Counted from the stretch's first letter, positions 44,862 to 57,855 are shown. The stretch is DNA of 64,000 bases from Zygnema circumcarinatum SAG 698-1b (GCA_037447605.1 CM074817.1:868001-932000), one strand, 5' to 3'. The notes: generated by a model from the sequence alone, not told the origin. Translations and numbers: made by a program.

Positions 44862-46520
44862 GAGGAGAGAGGGGAGGGAGAGAGGAGAGAGGAGAGAGGG
44901 GAGGGAGAGAGGAGAGAGGAGAAAGGGGAGGGAGAGAGGAGAGAGGAGAGAGAGAGAGAGGGGAGGGAGAGAGGAGATAGAGGGAGGGGAGGAAAGTGAG
45001 AGAGAGAGACGGGAGAGAGTGAATAGAGAGGAGAGAGAGGGAGAGGGAGAGAGAGAGTAGAGAGAGAAGAGAGAGAGGAGATAGGGAGGAGAGGCATTAA
45101 AGAGAGAGGGGAGGAGAGAGAGGCAAGAGAGGATAAAAGGAGGAAAGCGGGGGAATGTGTGTGTGGGAGAGAGAAAGAGGAAAGAGAGAGGGGGGAGGAG
45201 GAAGAGAGAGGAAAGAGATAGAGAGGGGAGGAGAGAGGGAGGAGAGAGAGGAGAGAGATGGGAGAGGAAGGCGAGTGAGGGATGAGTGAGTGGGAGAGGG
45301 AGGAGAGAGAGAGGCGAGAGGGAGGAGAGATGTGAGAGAGAGGAGAGAGGAGAGGTAGGAGAGAGAGAGGGGAGGGAGGAAAAAAGGAGGAAAGCGAGCG
45401 AGTGTGTGTGTGGGATAGAGAAAAAGAGACGAAAAAGGGAGAGAGAGAGGAGGAGATGAAGAGAGGGAGGAGAGATAGGAGAGTGAGGGGAGAGGAAGGA
45501 GAGGTAGGAGAGAGAAGGGAGGGAGATAGATGAGGGAGAGAGGAGAAAAGGAGGAAAGCTAGCGAGTGTGTGTGAGAGAGAGAGGGGATGGAGAGGGAGA
45601 GACGGGGGAGAGAGAGCGCAGAGAGAGAGGAGAGGGAGAGAGAGAGAGGCGAAAGAGGAGACAAGGAGGAAAGCGAGCGAGTGGGTGTGAGAGAGAGCGG
45701 AGAGAGAGAGAGGGGATGGAGAGGGGGAGAGGGAGGAAAGAGAGCGGAGAGAGGGAGGACAGAGAGAGGGGAGGGAGAGAGAGGCGAGAGAGGAGACAAG
45801 GAGGAAAGCTAGCGAGTGTGTGTGTGTGAGAGAGCGGAGAGAGAGAGAGAGATGGGATGGAGAGAGGAAGAGGGAGGAGAGAGAGCGGAGAGAGGGAGGA
45901 GAGAGGGAGGGAGGAGAGCAAGGAAAACAAGGAGGAACAGGTGTGTATGTGAGGGAGACAGAGAGAGAGAGGATGGAGAGGGGTAGAGGTAGGGGAGAGA
46001 GCGGAAGGAGGGAGGAGAGAGAGAGAGGAGGGAGAGAGAGAGGCGAGAGAGGCGAGAGAGGAGACAAGGAGGAAAGCTAGGGAGTGTGTGTGCGAGACAG
46101 AGCGGAGAGAGAGAGAGAGGATGGAGAGGGGGAGAGGGAGGAGAGAGAGCGGAGAGAGGGGGGAAGGAGAGAGGGGAGGGAGAGAGAGAGGCGAGAGAGG
46201 AAACAAGGAGGAAAGCGAGCGAGTGTGTGTGTGAGAGAGAGCGGAGAGAGAGAGAGGATGGAGAGGGGTAGAGGGAGGGGAGAGAGCGGAAGGAGGGAGG
46301 AGAGAGAGAGAGGAGGAAGAGAGAGAGGCGAGAGAGGAGACAAGGAGGAAAGCTAGGGAGTGTGTGTGTGAGACAGAGCGGGGGGAGAGAGAGAGAGAGG
46401 ATGGAGAGGGGGAGAGGGAGGAGAGAGAGCGGAGAGAGGGGGGAAGGAGAGAGGGGAGGGAGCGAGAGAGGCGAGAGAGGAGACAAGGAGGAAAGCGAGC
46501 GAGTGTGTGTGTGTGTGAGA
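44862..46520. repeat. Purine-rich minisatellite, ~135-140-bp unit
   Basis: The marker gaggcgagagaggagacaaggaggaaagc...gtgtgtgtg recurs at about 45650, 45780, 46050, 46190, 46330 and 46470. Confidence 0.85.
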
Positions 46521-48143
46521 GAGAGACATCTCATGTTTCCTTTTTCGCCTCAAGGCTTATTTCGTACCTTACGGTCCAACGCCTTTTCGAAAATTCACTT
46601 TTTATTCCTTAACAAAAAAAAAATAGGAATGAGGAACAATGCAGGTCCAATGTCTGCTCAACGTTTCCTTTTTCAGTTTTTTGTTTCCTTAAAAGCTTTT
46701 AAGATTTCTAAATTTCGACTTGCGCCTTCTTGACCTTATTATATTTCCAAACATCAAAAAGAAATGAAACTGATTTCCAACAGGCCGGAAAAAAAAAAGG
46801 GGGCTTCCAAAAAAACGACTTTTTACATGTATTCCAGATCGCACACTCGCAACTCCAAACTGTATCCACAACTTTGGCCAAAACTGACCACCTGACTAAC
46901 CATTTATAGGGTCGATTGAATGCCATGACCAACCTCTCCATGGTTAACCACCACGACTAGTCACGTTGAGTAACTAACTACTCCATTCAAGTTTGTTGCA
47001 GAACAACAACAAACGTTGGTCAGTCGACGGCCAATCAAATCCGTTCCAGCGTCCATCCGCCTAACTCCCTCTCCCTCTCCCTCTCCCTCTCCCTCTCCCT
47101 CTCCCTCTCCCTCTCCCTCCCTCCCTCCCCTCCCTTCTCCCTCTCCCTCTCCCTCTCCCTCCCTCTCCCTCCTTTCTTTTCCCTTTCTTTTCTTTTCTTT
47201 TCCTTTTCTTTTCCCTTTCCTTCCCTTTCTTTTCCCTTTCTTTTCTTTCTTTCTTCTCCCTTCCTTTCTTTTCCTTCCTCCCTTCTTCCTCTCCCTCTCC
47301 CTCCTTTCCTCCCTCCCTTTCCTTTCCTTCTTTCCTTTCCTTCCTTCTTTCTTTTCCCTTTCCTTTCCCTTCCTTTTCCCTTTCTCCCTTCCTTTCTCTC
47401 CCCCTTCCCCTTCCCCCCCTCCCTTCCTCCTCCCCTCCCTATAAAATTCCTTCCTCCCTCCCTTTCCTTCCTTTTATCTTTCCCTCCCTTTCCTCTCCCT
47501 TTCCTCTCCCCTCCTCCCTCTCCTCTTCTGTATCTAGCTCCTGAGAGCTCAACAAAGTGTTCCACTAATCGCAAGTTGCTTTCACACACATTGGTGTTCT
47601 CACACCAACCCAGCATGGGTCTCTGTGTCCCCTAGATTTCAACAACCACGCTCGCATGTATGAACAACAAATCCTGCACACGTAACAATGTCCTACTTCT
47701 GCAATCAATCTCTATGCGAACATTTTCCAACAACAGCTAATAAATTCCAATCTGGTCCTCATGTGATTCTCGTCCCGCAGGGTTTCCAGGCCGATTTTTT
47801 CCTCAGCAGAGGCGCCGAATAGTCGAAAAATAAATCAATAAGGGGCCTCCCTCTCCTGCCATTTTGACATTAAGGAGCCGTTCTGAACCCTCAACCTCTA
47901 CGAGGATTTCATCTCCAAGAGGGAAGGATAGGGAAGAGGGAACGCCAGTCAGCTCTGCTGCGTGAGAGAGAGAGAGAGTGAAAGAGGGAGAGAGAGAAGA
48001 GAGAGAGAAAGAAGGGAGAAGAGAGATAGAGAGTGAAGAGAGAGAGAGAAGAGAGAAGGGGAAGGACGAGGGAAAAGAGAGAGAGAGAGAGGGGAGGGAG
48101 AGAGAGGGAGGCTAACCAAACACCTCAGCCAAACCCTGACTCC

Positions 48144-49328
48144 TCAATCCTCCTCCTCCTCGTCCTCCTCCCAATCGTCCAAGCCCTCTTCTTCACACGC
48201 CAGCAGCTCCTCCTCCTCCTCCTCCTCCTTCCCCACTCTCACCCTCTCCCACTCTCTCTCTCCCTCCGACCTCCTCCCCGCCGCCGGAGTCTTATCTACT
48301 CCCCTCCCCCCCGAGTGAAGGTAATGCATAACCCTACTCACGTTCTGCAACATCAGCATCCTTTCTTTTTTCAAATCTGCAATCCCAACTCCTCTTGGAA
48401 CCTTTCTCCCATACAAGTTTTTGTCCCTCTCTGCCTCCTTCCATCGACATTGCCTCAAAATTCGATTGATCTCTCCGAGAGCTTCCACCTGGCGCTCTAT
48501 CGCCACGCAGGCCTCCTTCCCAGAAGCTTCCTCCCTGGCCTCTCCAAGCTTGTCCTTCCCGGAAGCTTCCTCCCTCACCCCTCCGGAAGCTTCCATTAGC
48601 TCACGTCGCGACAAAAGAATTGCAGCCATGGCCTCCCATGAAGATCTGGGAGCTTCCTCCGCGTCTTCATTCCTTTCCAAAGACCCCTTCTTTTTGATCA
48701 AATTTTCCGAATTTCTGTCGACATTCACCTGCGCTGCAGACGAATTTTGGGTGCAAATATTGGGTTTTGGGTTCGAATCGTTCTCAAAAAATGACTTTAA
48801 GGACCGGCGAGCTCGAGGGGGCCCTTTGGACTCTCCGCCTTCTCCCAAAAGGGCAACTTCGAGGGCTTCATGAGTGACATAGAACGGGGTCCCTAGGCCG
48901 TTCAACGGACTGCCAACTGAGGACGGAACGGAGAACGGCGATCCATGCACGCTCCGTGGAGGCGAGCGGAACGGTTCCGTGTCGCCGCATTCGGAAAATT
49001 TGTTCCGTTTGGGAGATGGGTTTAGGTCGGAGTGGGGAGAAATGGGCCTCTTTGGGATGGGAGGGTTCGGGGGGGCGAGAAAGGCCGCGTTTCGATGGTG
49101 TGGGGGGGAGCAGGGAGAGGACATATGTTGGGATCTCATGGGAGGGAGGGAGAGAGGGAGGGAGGGAGGGAGGGGAGGGAGAGTGGTTGGTGGTGGGGAG
49201 AGAGGGGGGAGGGGTGGGGGGGGAGAGGGAGGGGTGGGAAGGGGAGAGAGAGGAAGGTGAAGCAGAGAAACAGTCGAAGGGAGAAAGATAGAGGAAGGGG
49301 AGGTAGATGGAGCGACGGAGGCTAGCAT
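48144..49328 (-). CDS. Orphan ORF / probable first exon of an unidentified gene (S/P-rich N-terminus, charged helical middle, acidic end)
   Basis: Open frame of more than 330 codons from MRSQ (49140), or longer from MLAS (49328), mostly non-repetitive. No family motif recognised. Confidence 0.4.
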   Translation of the reverse strand: MLASVAPSTSPSSIFLPSTVSLLHLPLSPLPTPPSPPPPLPPLSPPPTTLPPLPPSLPLSLPPMRSQHMSSPCSPPHHRNAAFLAPPNPPIPKRPISPHSDLNPSPKRNKFSECGDTEPFRSPPRSVHGSPFSVPSSVGSPLNGLGTPFYVTHEALEVALLGEGGESKGPPRARRSLKSFFENDSNPKPNICTQNSSAAQVNVDRNSENLIKKKGSLERNEDAEEAPRSSWEAMAAILLSRRELMEASGGVREEASGKDKLGEAREEASGKEACVAIERQVEALGEINRILRQCRWKEAERDKNLYGRKVPRGVGIADLKKERMLMLQNVSRVMHYLHSGGRGVDKTPAAGRRSEGEREWERVRVGKEEEEEEELLACEEEGLDDWEEDEEEED

Positions 49329-49373
49329 ATGGAGGCAGAGAGAGAGAGAGAGATAGAGAGAGAGAGAGGAGGG

Positions 49374-49408
<35 letters not shown>

Positions 49409-50059
49409 GGAGGGAGGAGATGGGGACAGCTCCCACAGTCGGGTACAGTGATGAGACGGTACGGACGGACCACTGTACGAACCGTACTATGTACGAAAAG
49501 ATAAGTGGAGCTATTGCAGGTTCACACGTGCGTGGTTTCCTTCTTATTCGCCGATCTCCGCATGACCGCCACGTGGCAGCGAGGCAAGGTTCAGGTCCCT
49601 GCGGCGCCGCCAAAACTGGGGACGGGCAGAAAAAAATCGTTTTACGGGCAGGAAGAAAATGGCGGAGGGGGACCAAGGAGGGTCGCGGGAAATTTACGCA
49701 ACCGACAGTACGGTCAAATCGGTTGTGAAAAGTGTACCTTTTGAACTGAAACTGTTACATTTCGCGTTGGTGTTGGCTGTACGGACATGTTGCTGTACGG
49801 TACATGTACGGGCATGTGCTTATATTATGGCACCTAAAGCATCCGTATGGTTCGTTGGCGGCCTCGTTTGTACGATTCGGAGTGAACGGGCAGGACCGGA
49901 AAGTTTCGTTTGGCTGCCTGAGGGCAGATTGTACCGTTTGTGAAAAGTTATGGGTGATGACGTGGCGGAATGTCGGCGATTGGCCGTCCGCTACCGAAGG
50001 GCCGTTGCGACCTTTAGGGCCATTTGTACCCTAAGAGAAAAACGGACAAAAAAAACGGG

Positions 50060-50930
50060 GTCTTACTTTTAGGGCCATTTGTACCCCAAAAGAAAACCAG
50101 GCAAAGAAAATGTCGTCTTGGGCAGTACCGTTGGGCAGGTGAGGTGGAGAAGACGACAAACAAGATATCTGCTGTGAACCAGTGGGTCATCGACCAATCA
50201 GGATATGCCACGTCTTCAACAATGTACACGTGTCCATCCCTGAGTGGCTGGTGGTCCATTAGTTGGTGGGCCTCGAAGCAAAGTTGTTGGCCATGGCTAT
50301 GTTCTTTCTTTCTGTCTTTGGGTCCTCTGCGAGCAGTAGTTGTTGGCTCCTCGTGGTTCTCTTTCCGCATGTCGTTCCTGTTGTTGAACATGCGCCTCTC
50401 ATGTCATGGCATGGCCATGGTGAGACCAATGCATGCCACTCCATTCTCTAGCATGGCGACGTCAGCAAATGTGCATGAACAATTTCACATTCAAAAAAAT
50501 GTGAAATTGTAGAGAGCCGGACGGCGGCGAAGGTTTCTGAGGTTCCCATTCTCTGTTCGTTCCATGTTCTTTTGGTTCAGTCATGTTTCACTGTGTTTAG
50601 TTAGTGCCTGTTCCGCTTTGTTCAGCTCAATAGCTGAGTCCTTCGTTCCATGTTCACGCAGCATGGCAGTCGACCTGCCCAAAAATATCCCATACTTTAG
50701 TTGGGGGTGTCAGAATTGGAAGATTTTTATATTGGAATTTGTGTCAAAGGAAGTAATTCAGATTGAGATGATACTCCTTTAGTGGGCGACCACGGATGAC
50801 CTCAGAAACCACAAACTGTGGACGCAGCGAGGTGCCATGACACAGCAGCAGAAGGTTCGCAAGAAAAGCCCCTTACAGATTCTCCACATGTATAAGACCA
50901 GTGCGCATTTCCGGTCCCAGGTTTGCATTG
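50060..50930 (-). mobile_element. Possible decayed PIF/Harbinger (DDE_Tnp_4-type) transposase relic
   Basis: Short motifs occur in the expected order across stops and frameshifts: KCALVLYMWRICKG (compare VAIALWRLATG), WPCHDMR (compare WPGSVHDAR), HVYIVEDVAYPDWSMT (compare YIVGDxAYP..WLMT) and TSPAQRY. No TIRs found. Confidence 0.33.
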
Positions 50931-51817
50931 TTTCGACAGAACAAGAAACTGATTTCTCAGAAAAAGAAAAGAAAGGCATGTACCGCAACCGTTCAGCCAC
51001 CCTCGGGTAGTTGGTTTACAACGCTCGAGTTGTGAACTGGGAAGGGATAAGAGATTTATGACCTTGCGTTCCTATAGTCTAAGTCCTTTGGAGCCTACCG
51101 ACGGGCTTTCCATGTCTGCAATTGCGTGACACGTGCTCTCGTCTGACCCCATAAGGCACATGCCATCATTGATGGGATACATACGCCATATCTGGACCCC
51201 GCCCCATGAGCAACACACGTACATGCGTGCAGACCATGCATGCATACATCCGATGTCAACATGCATACATGAGACAATCCCAAAAGCACAAGAGCTAAGA
51301 ACTACAACCTCACAGCTGTTAAGGAACAACAAGAACATCAACAACAACAAAAACAAATAAAAGTAAATACAATATCTAAATGTGAATACCACAACCGCCT
51401 CGTCATACTGTCCATTGTTTACAAAAGTCTGATTTTTACACATGGCTTTTCTCGGTGCCCCAAACTGCTGCTCCCCTATAGAACAGAAGTACAGCGGCTC
51501 AATGATCCGAATCCGGAAAATGATCAGCCCAACACATGCAGCAGTAATTTCGATTCTGTCCTAAGCCATGAATTCAGCTGAAAAAATTTACTTAGCCTGA
51601 ATAAATAAATAAAATCAAAATAAAAAGAGGGCTACAGTTCCATCAATCACCGCAGTGACGTCAGCATAGAGGTGAGCTCGCCGCTCTCTGTTTTTGGCTG
51701 TATTTCGTCCGAACTAGTTACGTTGCATTGAACTATAAATTCCAGCACATGTGCCCTTCGTGCCGGCAGGCCAACCAACCTCAATATAGCCCCTTGATTT
51801 CTTATACCCTATGCCAA

Positions 51818-54408
51818 TTACATCGTTACCCCATTGGCTAATTTCCCTACAGTGTTTGAGTCAATCATAAAGCCCTTACCTTGCTCTGAAGATTCCTTCA
51901 AAACGACGACCTCCTCCAAACTTTTTTGTTGGAGCTCCGAGTCAACACTACCTTCAGGAGGAAAGGATGCAGTGGGGCCTCTGCTCTCCTTCCCCTCTCT
52001 CTCCACTGCACCACCTCCAGAGGGAGAGAGCTCCTCTTCGCTCACTCTCACCTCCACTCTCTCACCGCCTCTCTCTCCCCTTGCATGCCATGACTCTGCT
52101 TCCCGAAAGGGACTCCCTCCCGCGTCACTCTGATCCTCAGAGGATTCGAAACCATTCACATCATGAAAATCTGAGTCTCCCTCACTGTCAGCATCTACCA
52201 CCTGCTCTCCTCCCCTTGGAGAAGGTACAGCTTCCTCATTATTAGGAGCTAAAGCTCCTCCTCTTTCAACTCTCTCCTCTCCAGAAACCGATTCTGCTGT
52301 TGGGGACTCCTCTGCCAAATGCCAGTCTTCTTCCTCCTCGTCCCCTCCTCCCACTCTTGCTCCACTCTCTTCCTCAACAACAGGAGCAAGGTTTTCAGCA
52401 ATCGACGTCTCCAAGGGAGTCCTTTCCCCCGGAGGACTTGTCTCCTCTCTCCTCTCCTCCTCCTGCTCATTTTGGGACTCACACTCCCTCGCTGGCCCAG
52501 CACTTATGTCTTCCAATTTAATGGAAGGAGCACTATTCCCCTCTGTCCTTTCTGGGAATTGAGCAGAACTAATATCTTCCTCATCTACTCCCTTCACCTC
52601 AACATTACTAAAATCGCTGACCAAAGCAATAGGAGTTTCCGGCAAAGTATTCACTTCTGTTGCTTCCAAAGCAGACCCTTTCACTGCACTGTCAGAGGAA
52701 GAAGCAGCCTCTACAACTCTCTCCTTTCCTTCCTCTGTTATGAGGACAGTGGCAAGAATAGAAGGTTCCCTTTTCTTCACTCCCTCAGTATTTTCCCCCA
52801 CCTGCTTTAGAGTCTCTCTATCTCCTTCTCCCAATCCTTCATCAGCTGAGGCAATGGGAGATGACGGATAGAGATCATCGTCGCTATCTGCAGAGGTGCT
52901 TTGCAACAGCAGGTCACTACCACTGACAGAGAGAAACTCTCCCACAGCCATTTCCTTTCCTCCAAATTCCTCTCCAGAAACCTCAGAGTCGTTCAACAAT
53001 TCGTCAACAATCTCGGCATTTGTTGTATCAACCTGAACCGCACTCAGTTCTGGGATATTTGTTGGGGCTTCTTCCTCTCCCACTACGGGAGTAGGCACTA
53101 CTTCCTCGCCCACTATGAGAGCAGGAGCTTCCACATTCATAGCAGGGTCCTCCATAGCTGCCTCCTCCAAAGGCCCCACACTTCCTTCCTCCCTCAGTTT
53201 AAGCTGCTCAAAAGTTTCGCCTCCTTCCACAGATTCAGCCTCTCCTACCGCACTTTCATCATATTCGACAAGCTCAATAGTCTTCTTGACTACAACAGAG
53301 GAACTCTCTTCCTCTCTCTCTCCTCCTATCTCTCCCTCAAGAGAGGCTTCCTCACTTCCTTCCTCCCTCACTATAAGCTGCTCAGAAATCTCCACCACCC
53401 CACTTTCTTCTCCCACAGATTTGGCCGTTCCTACCGCAGTTCCATCATAGTTGACAGGCTCAATAGTCTCCTGAACCACAACAGAGGAACTCTCTTCCTC
53501 TCTCTCTCCTCCTATCTCTCCCTCAAGAGAGGCTTCCTCACTTCCTTCCTCCCTCACTATAAGCTGCTCAGAAATCTCCACCACCCCACTTTCTTCCTCT
53601 CCCACAGATTCGGCCGTTCCTACCGCAGTTCCATCATAGTTGACAGGCTCAATAGTCTCCTGAACCACAACAGAGGAACTCTCTTCCACTCTCCCTCCTC
53701 TCTCTCCTCCCTCTCCCTCAAGAGAGGCTTCCTCACTTCCTTCCTCCCTCACTATAAGCTGCTCAGAAATCTCCACCACCCCACTTTCTTCCTCTCCCAC
53801 AGATTCGGCCGTTCCTACCGCAGTTCCATCATAGTTGACAGGCTCAATAGTCTCCTGAACCACAACAGAGGAACTCTCTTCCTCTCTCTCTCCTCCTATC
53901 TCTCCCTCAAGAGAGGCTTCCTCACTTCCTTCCTCCCTCACTATAAGCTGCTCAGAAATCTCCACCACCCCACTTTCTTCCTCTCCCACAGATTCGGCCG
54001 TTCCTACCGCAGTTCCATCATAGTTGACAGGCTCAATAGTCTCCTGAACCACAACAGAGGAACTCTCTTCCACTCTCCCTCCTCTCTCTCCTCCCTCTCC
54101 CTCAAGAGAGGCTTCCTCCACATCCATGAGACCACTACCATTACGCATCCCATACTCTCCAATAGCTCCTTCCAGTCCATTGGATGCATGAGGCTCGTCC
54201 CTCCCAGTGGGAGTGAAGGCTCCCTCCATGTCAATATGACCAGCCACTCCCTCCACCCCCAGACTGCTGGTAGTGCTGATTGCTATACTGAACATCCTTT
54301 CCATCCCTCCATTGAGTCCTACATCAGAGACTATATCGTTTACTCCATTACAATTCGATTTGCTGAATATTCCCTCAATCACATCCTGCAAATTTGGTCA
54401 AGACAGAA

Positions 54409-54452
<44 letters not shown>

Positions 54453-57400
54453 ATGTCAGCGATTACTATGGACAGACCTATATCAATCTTCAACTTTCCA
54501 AGGCTAAAAAAAGCGATAGCTCCTTAACATTTAAGCAAGTAAAACACTGACGTAACAATCGTTTACCTCCGCATTTTTCTCCTCCTGCATAGCTCCTTGA
54601 TCTGCGTCTTCCACCAGTTCCTCTTCTGTAAACAGAAGAACCCTCTCCTCCTGAACACTCTCCTCCGTCTCCTTCTCTCCCACCATCAAAACGTCCTCCT
54701 TTACCTTTACAGCCTTCATCCCTCCCTCCTTCCCTTCCTCCTCTCCCTCCAACACAAATCCAACCGGCAGAGTCTCTGGCAGATGTTGTTCTCTCGAGAG
54801 GGACAAACCATTAACAGGAGAAAGCATGTGGGACTGTGCAAAAAGCTCCTGACTCATCTCCAGCATCCCACTCATTCCCTGTCTCCTCCCGTCTCCCTCT
54901 CCCTCTCCGTCGTCATCATCCTCCTCCAAAATAGTGCTCGAGCGAGCGGAAGCAAAAGCTTCGGAGAAGGCTGAGACAGCAAGCTTCTCCTGCCTGCTTT
55001 GAAGTTTGCTTTGAACCAAAAGTTTGAGCAGCTTCATAACATCCGCTGCATGAGAGAGAGCTGCTTTGGGGTCCAAGATTTGAAGCTGGCAACAGAAAGG
55101 CATGGAATGAAGCGTCAGAATGTCTACCAAGAGTACGGGGAAGGGAAAGAGAAAGGGAGGGAGTGGGGTTTTCTACAACCAGAAAATTCCAAGAACGAAA
55201 AGTCCATCACGCCGGTCAAAGTTTTCTTTTCTAAAGAAGGACAACCTCATCTCCACTCTTCAAATCCGATCCCTTTCAAACTTCACTAAACATGAAGCAA
55301 CGGTACTGATTTTACCCCAATACCTCACACTCAATCCAGCTTTCTTCCACAGAACTGATAATATTATTCTGATTGCATGAGAAAACCAACCTGGAACAAA
55401 TTTGGCGCGAAAACAGTTGCAATGTTGTGAATGTTCATCAAGTTGACGGTCTCAAACTCAACCACATCCACCATTAGATTGAGGGTCCAATCTAGAAGGT
55501 TTTTCTGAATATCCGGAAGCTTTTCTACGAGCTCCGTCGCTGCATCCACATCGCCTGAATTTGAAACTGCCTCGACTTCAGAATCCGGAAGAGAGTCGAG
55601 AACTCCGTCCGGAAGCTCTCGAAACCACGCCTGCACAAAGTGACGAGAGTAGAAAATATGTTCAGTAAAAATCAGAAAAAACTGTTGTTCAGTATTGTTG
55701 TTGATGTTGTTCAAAAAAACGAAGAAAGAAATAAGGGAAAAAATGAGCAACGATCACAATAAAGAGATCACTCTCGAGAGATGATTGGGGGTGATTTGGA
55801 GTGAATAGAGTAGAAGAAGAGATGAAGACAGAGAGAACAAGAGAAAGGGAGAGAGGTCAATCATTACATAATGAAAATCTCACCTTTATGAGACCGGCAA
55901 GAGCGTAGACTTCCATGTTCTTTGGAACCACGCCATCGTTCAATTGCTTCCGAACATGCTCTTCGTGGTCGATCCGGGCAGCCACCCGAAAAATTCCCTC
56001 CGCCTGCACAAAAAAAGGAAATACAAGCAAAGTTCCGTTAGGGGAGAGAGGGAGAAGCTGGCTTCTGAACGCGGGTGAGAGAGGATGAGGTGGTTGGTGG
56101 ATTCTGGACAGAGCTTTTCACAGTTTCTGCTGGATAATGGATTCCCTCTCTCCCCGTCTCTCTCTTTCCCTCCCCTCTCTCGCGCAACACACAACTCTTC
56201 CCGCCCCCCTCGCGAACGCATACATGCAAATCCACACTAGTAAGGCCATCAGATTTTTGGAGATGTGCTATCGAACAAGATAAGCTTTTGCTTATGAAAA
56301 ACAGCACAAGGATCTTCCATGCAATGCTTGTTTCAGATCTTCTCCTGAGATAGCTGAATGGTGCTAACGACATTAAATCTAAACTAAATACTTTCCCCTC
56401 TCTCCCTTCCCGCTCGCGCCCCTTCCGTGCCCCTCTCTTCCTCAAGTTAACTCCGCTTAACGTTGCATATCGGATCGTTCTTTCAGCTCTGACATTCTTA
56501 CAAATTTCAGAAGTAAAACTCTGCTGGTTGATTCAAAGATCAGGAATAAGTAGAAGTGGTAGTAGTGATAGTAGTGATAGTGGTGGTAGGAATAGTACCC
56601 TGAGCCCTCCCTGGTTGTAGAGCCGAGTCTGAAGGAGGAGGAGAAAGGTAGGAACACTGTTTCCATGTCCATCAAATGAGCACTGCATGGAGGCTGGGCT
56701 TACTCCAAACACGCTTTTGCTGCAGAAACGAAAAAAAGAAAAAAAGAAAGAGCCCCAAAACATGGTTTGAATCGTTAGGCCGTTGCTTAAAAAGGAAAAG
56801 GAGCAGAAATCAGATTTCATTTATGAAAGTGGTGCAAGCTAACGCAGTCACCTTTAAAGAAGTAGCAAACATGAGGGGAGGGTAAGGCATCTCATGTTAG
56901 TGTTAGCATGTAGACACAATATGTACTTAGGTATCCCTTCCCCACTCCCTCCCCTTCCCCATGTGCGAGTCTCCCTCGCTCACTTCCTCTATCTTTTCCT
57001 CTCCCTCTCCCTCTCCTCCCCTCTGAAAGTCTCTCTCGTGCTCTCACTGACCTCTGCCCTGCATCCACCCCTCCCACTCTATCCATTACCATTCCCTCCC
57101 CTGGCCACATCCTCTCCCTCTCTCCCCACGTTCGCTTCCTCACTTCACTTCCCTCCTCTTCCTTCCTTTTCTCTCTTCATGTGCCTATCCCTCCCCCAGA
57201 TCCTTTGGCACGCTGGCCTCCTTTCCCTGCCCCCTCCCTCTGAGTCTCCAATCCCTCTCCTGCCTCCCTCCCACCTTCGCTTTTGAGACCATAGCTCCTT
57301 ACAACCATTCCTTGCAAACCGCTAAAATGAGGAACCACTAACAAGCAGAAGAACAATGCTTGAGAGCATTATTTCAGACTAAACATACACCTCCGGAAGT

Positions 57401-57855
57401 TCTCCTGTGACTAGAAGTGCTTATGAAGACTTCCAGGTCGCTCTCTTATTCGAAATAGAGATCTAATACGAGAAAGGCTTTAATGGGCTTCAAACTGTAT
57501 AAGAATGTTAGTAACTGGCTAAAATAGATCTTACGTTTCCCATCCTAGAAAGACTCACTATCCCAGAGTTGTACATCAAACGTCGACAAAGAACAAAAAA
57601 AATCTGAGCAAAGTAATCGACATTGTCATTATATGGAAGATTTGCTTAAAACTACCGACCTTGCACTCAAAAGCCGCTTCGGAACCTTGTTCTCAAAGTC
57701 TTGAGGAAGTCCCAAATATCCCTCGAAGGGGTCAAATGTAACATGTGCTTTATGTTGTACAGAAGTGGGCCAGCCAATGTTAGCCTGCCACGCATCCTCC
57801 TCCTCATCGGAAGAATCCTCCTTATCTTCCTCAGAAGAAAAGCACGAATGCCTTG
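51818..57855 (-). CDS. RopGAP: CRIB-domain Rho GTPase-activating protein (RopGAP) with ~855-aa acidic C-terminal exon; 5' exon(s) unresolved
   Basis: Exon 57855-57660 holds the CRIB motif NIGWPTSVQHKAHVTFDPFEGYLGLP. Exon 56719-56599 reads SVFGVSPASMQCSFDGHGNSVPTFLLLLQTRLYNQGGLR. About 56003-55884 reads AEGIFRVAA...LAGLIK, and about 55630-55391 reads AWFRELPDGVLDSL...LLDWTLNLMVDVV..ETVNLMNIHNIATVFAPNL. The exon ending at 54567 splices in phase to 54385-51818. Confidence 0.93.
53150..54115 (-). repeat. Coding tandem repeat, five ~62-65-aa units, in the RopGAP tail
   Basis: The anchor ccctcaagagaggcttcctc occurs at 53334, 53520, 53715, 53904 and 54099 (spacings 186, 195, 189, 195 bp, all multiples of 3). 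Confidence 0.95.

Noticed and set aside
53150-54115. Regularly spaced direct repeats superficially resembling a CRISPR array
   Set aside because: Units are ~190 bp, near-identical throughout with no unique spacers, in frame within a coding exon, in a eukaryotic context with no cas genes.
52901-54550. 549-aa plus-strand ORF with repeats
   Set aside because: Antisense shadow of the RopGAP repeat exon.
19429-57855. Possible functional cluster of phospholipid synthesis (AAPT), ITPR-like channel and RopGAP signalling genes
   Set aside because: Proximity alone is not evidence in a eukaryote; AAPT makes PC/PE rather than phosphoinositides, and unrelated genes are interspersed.
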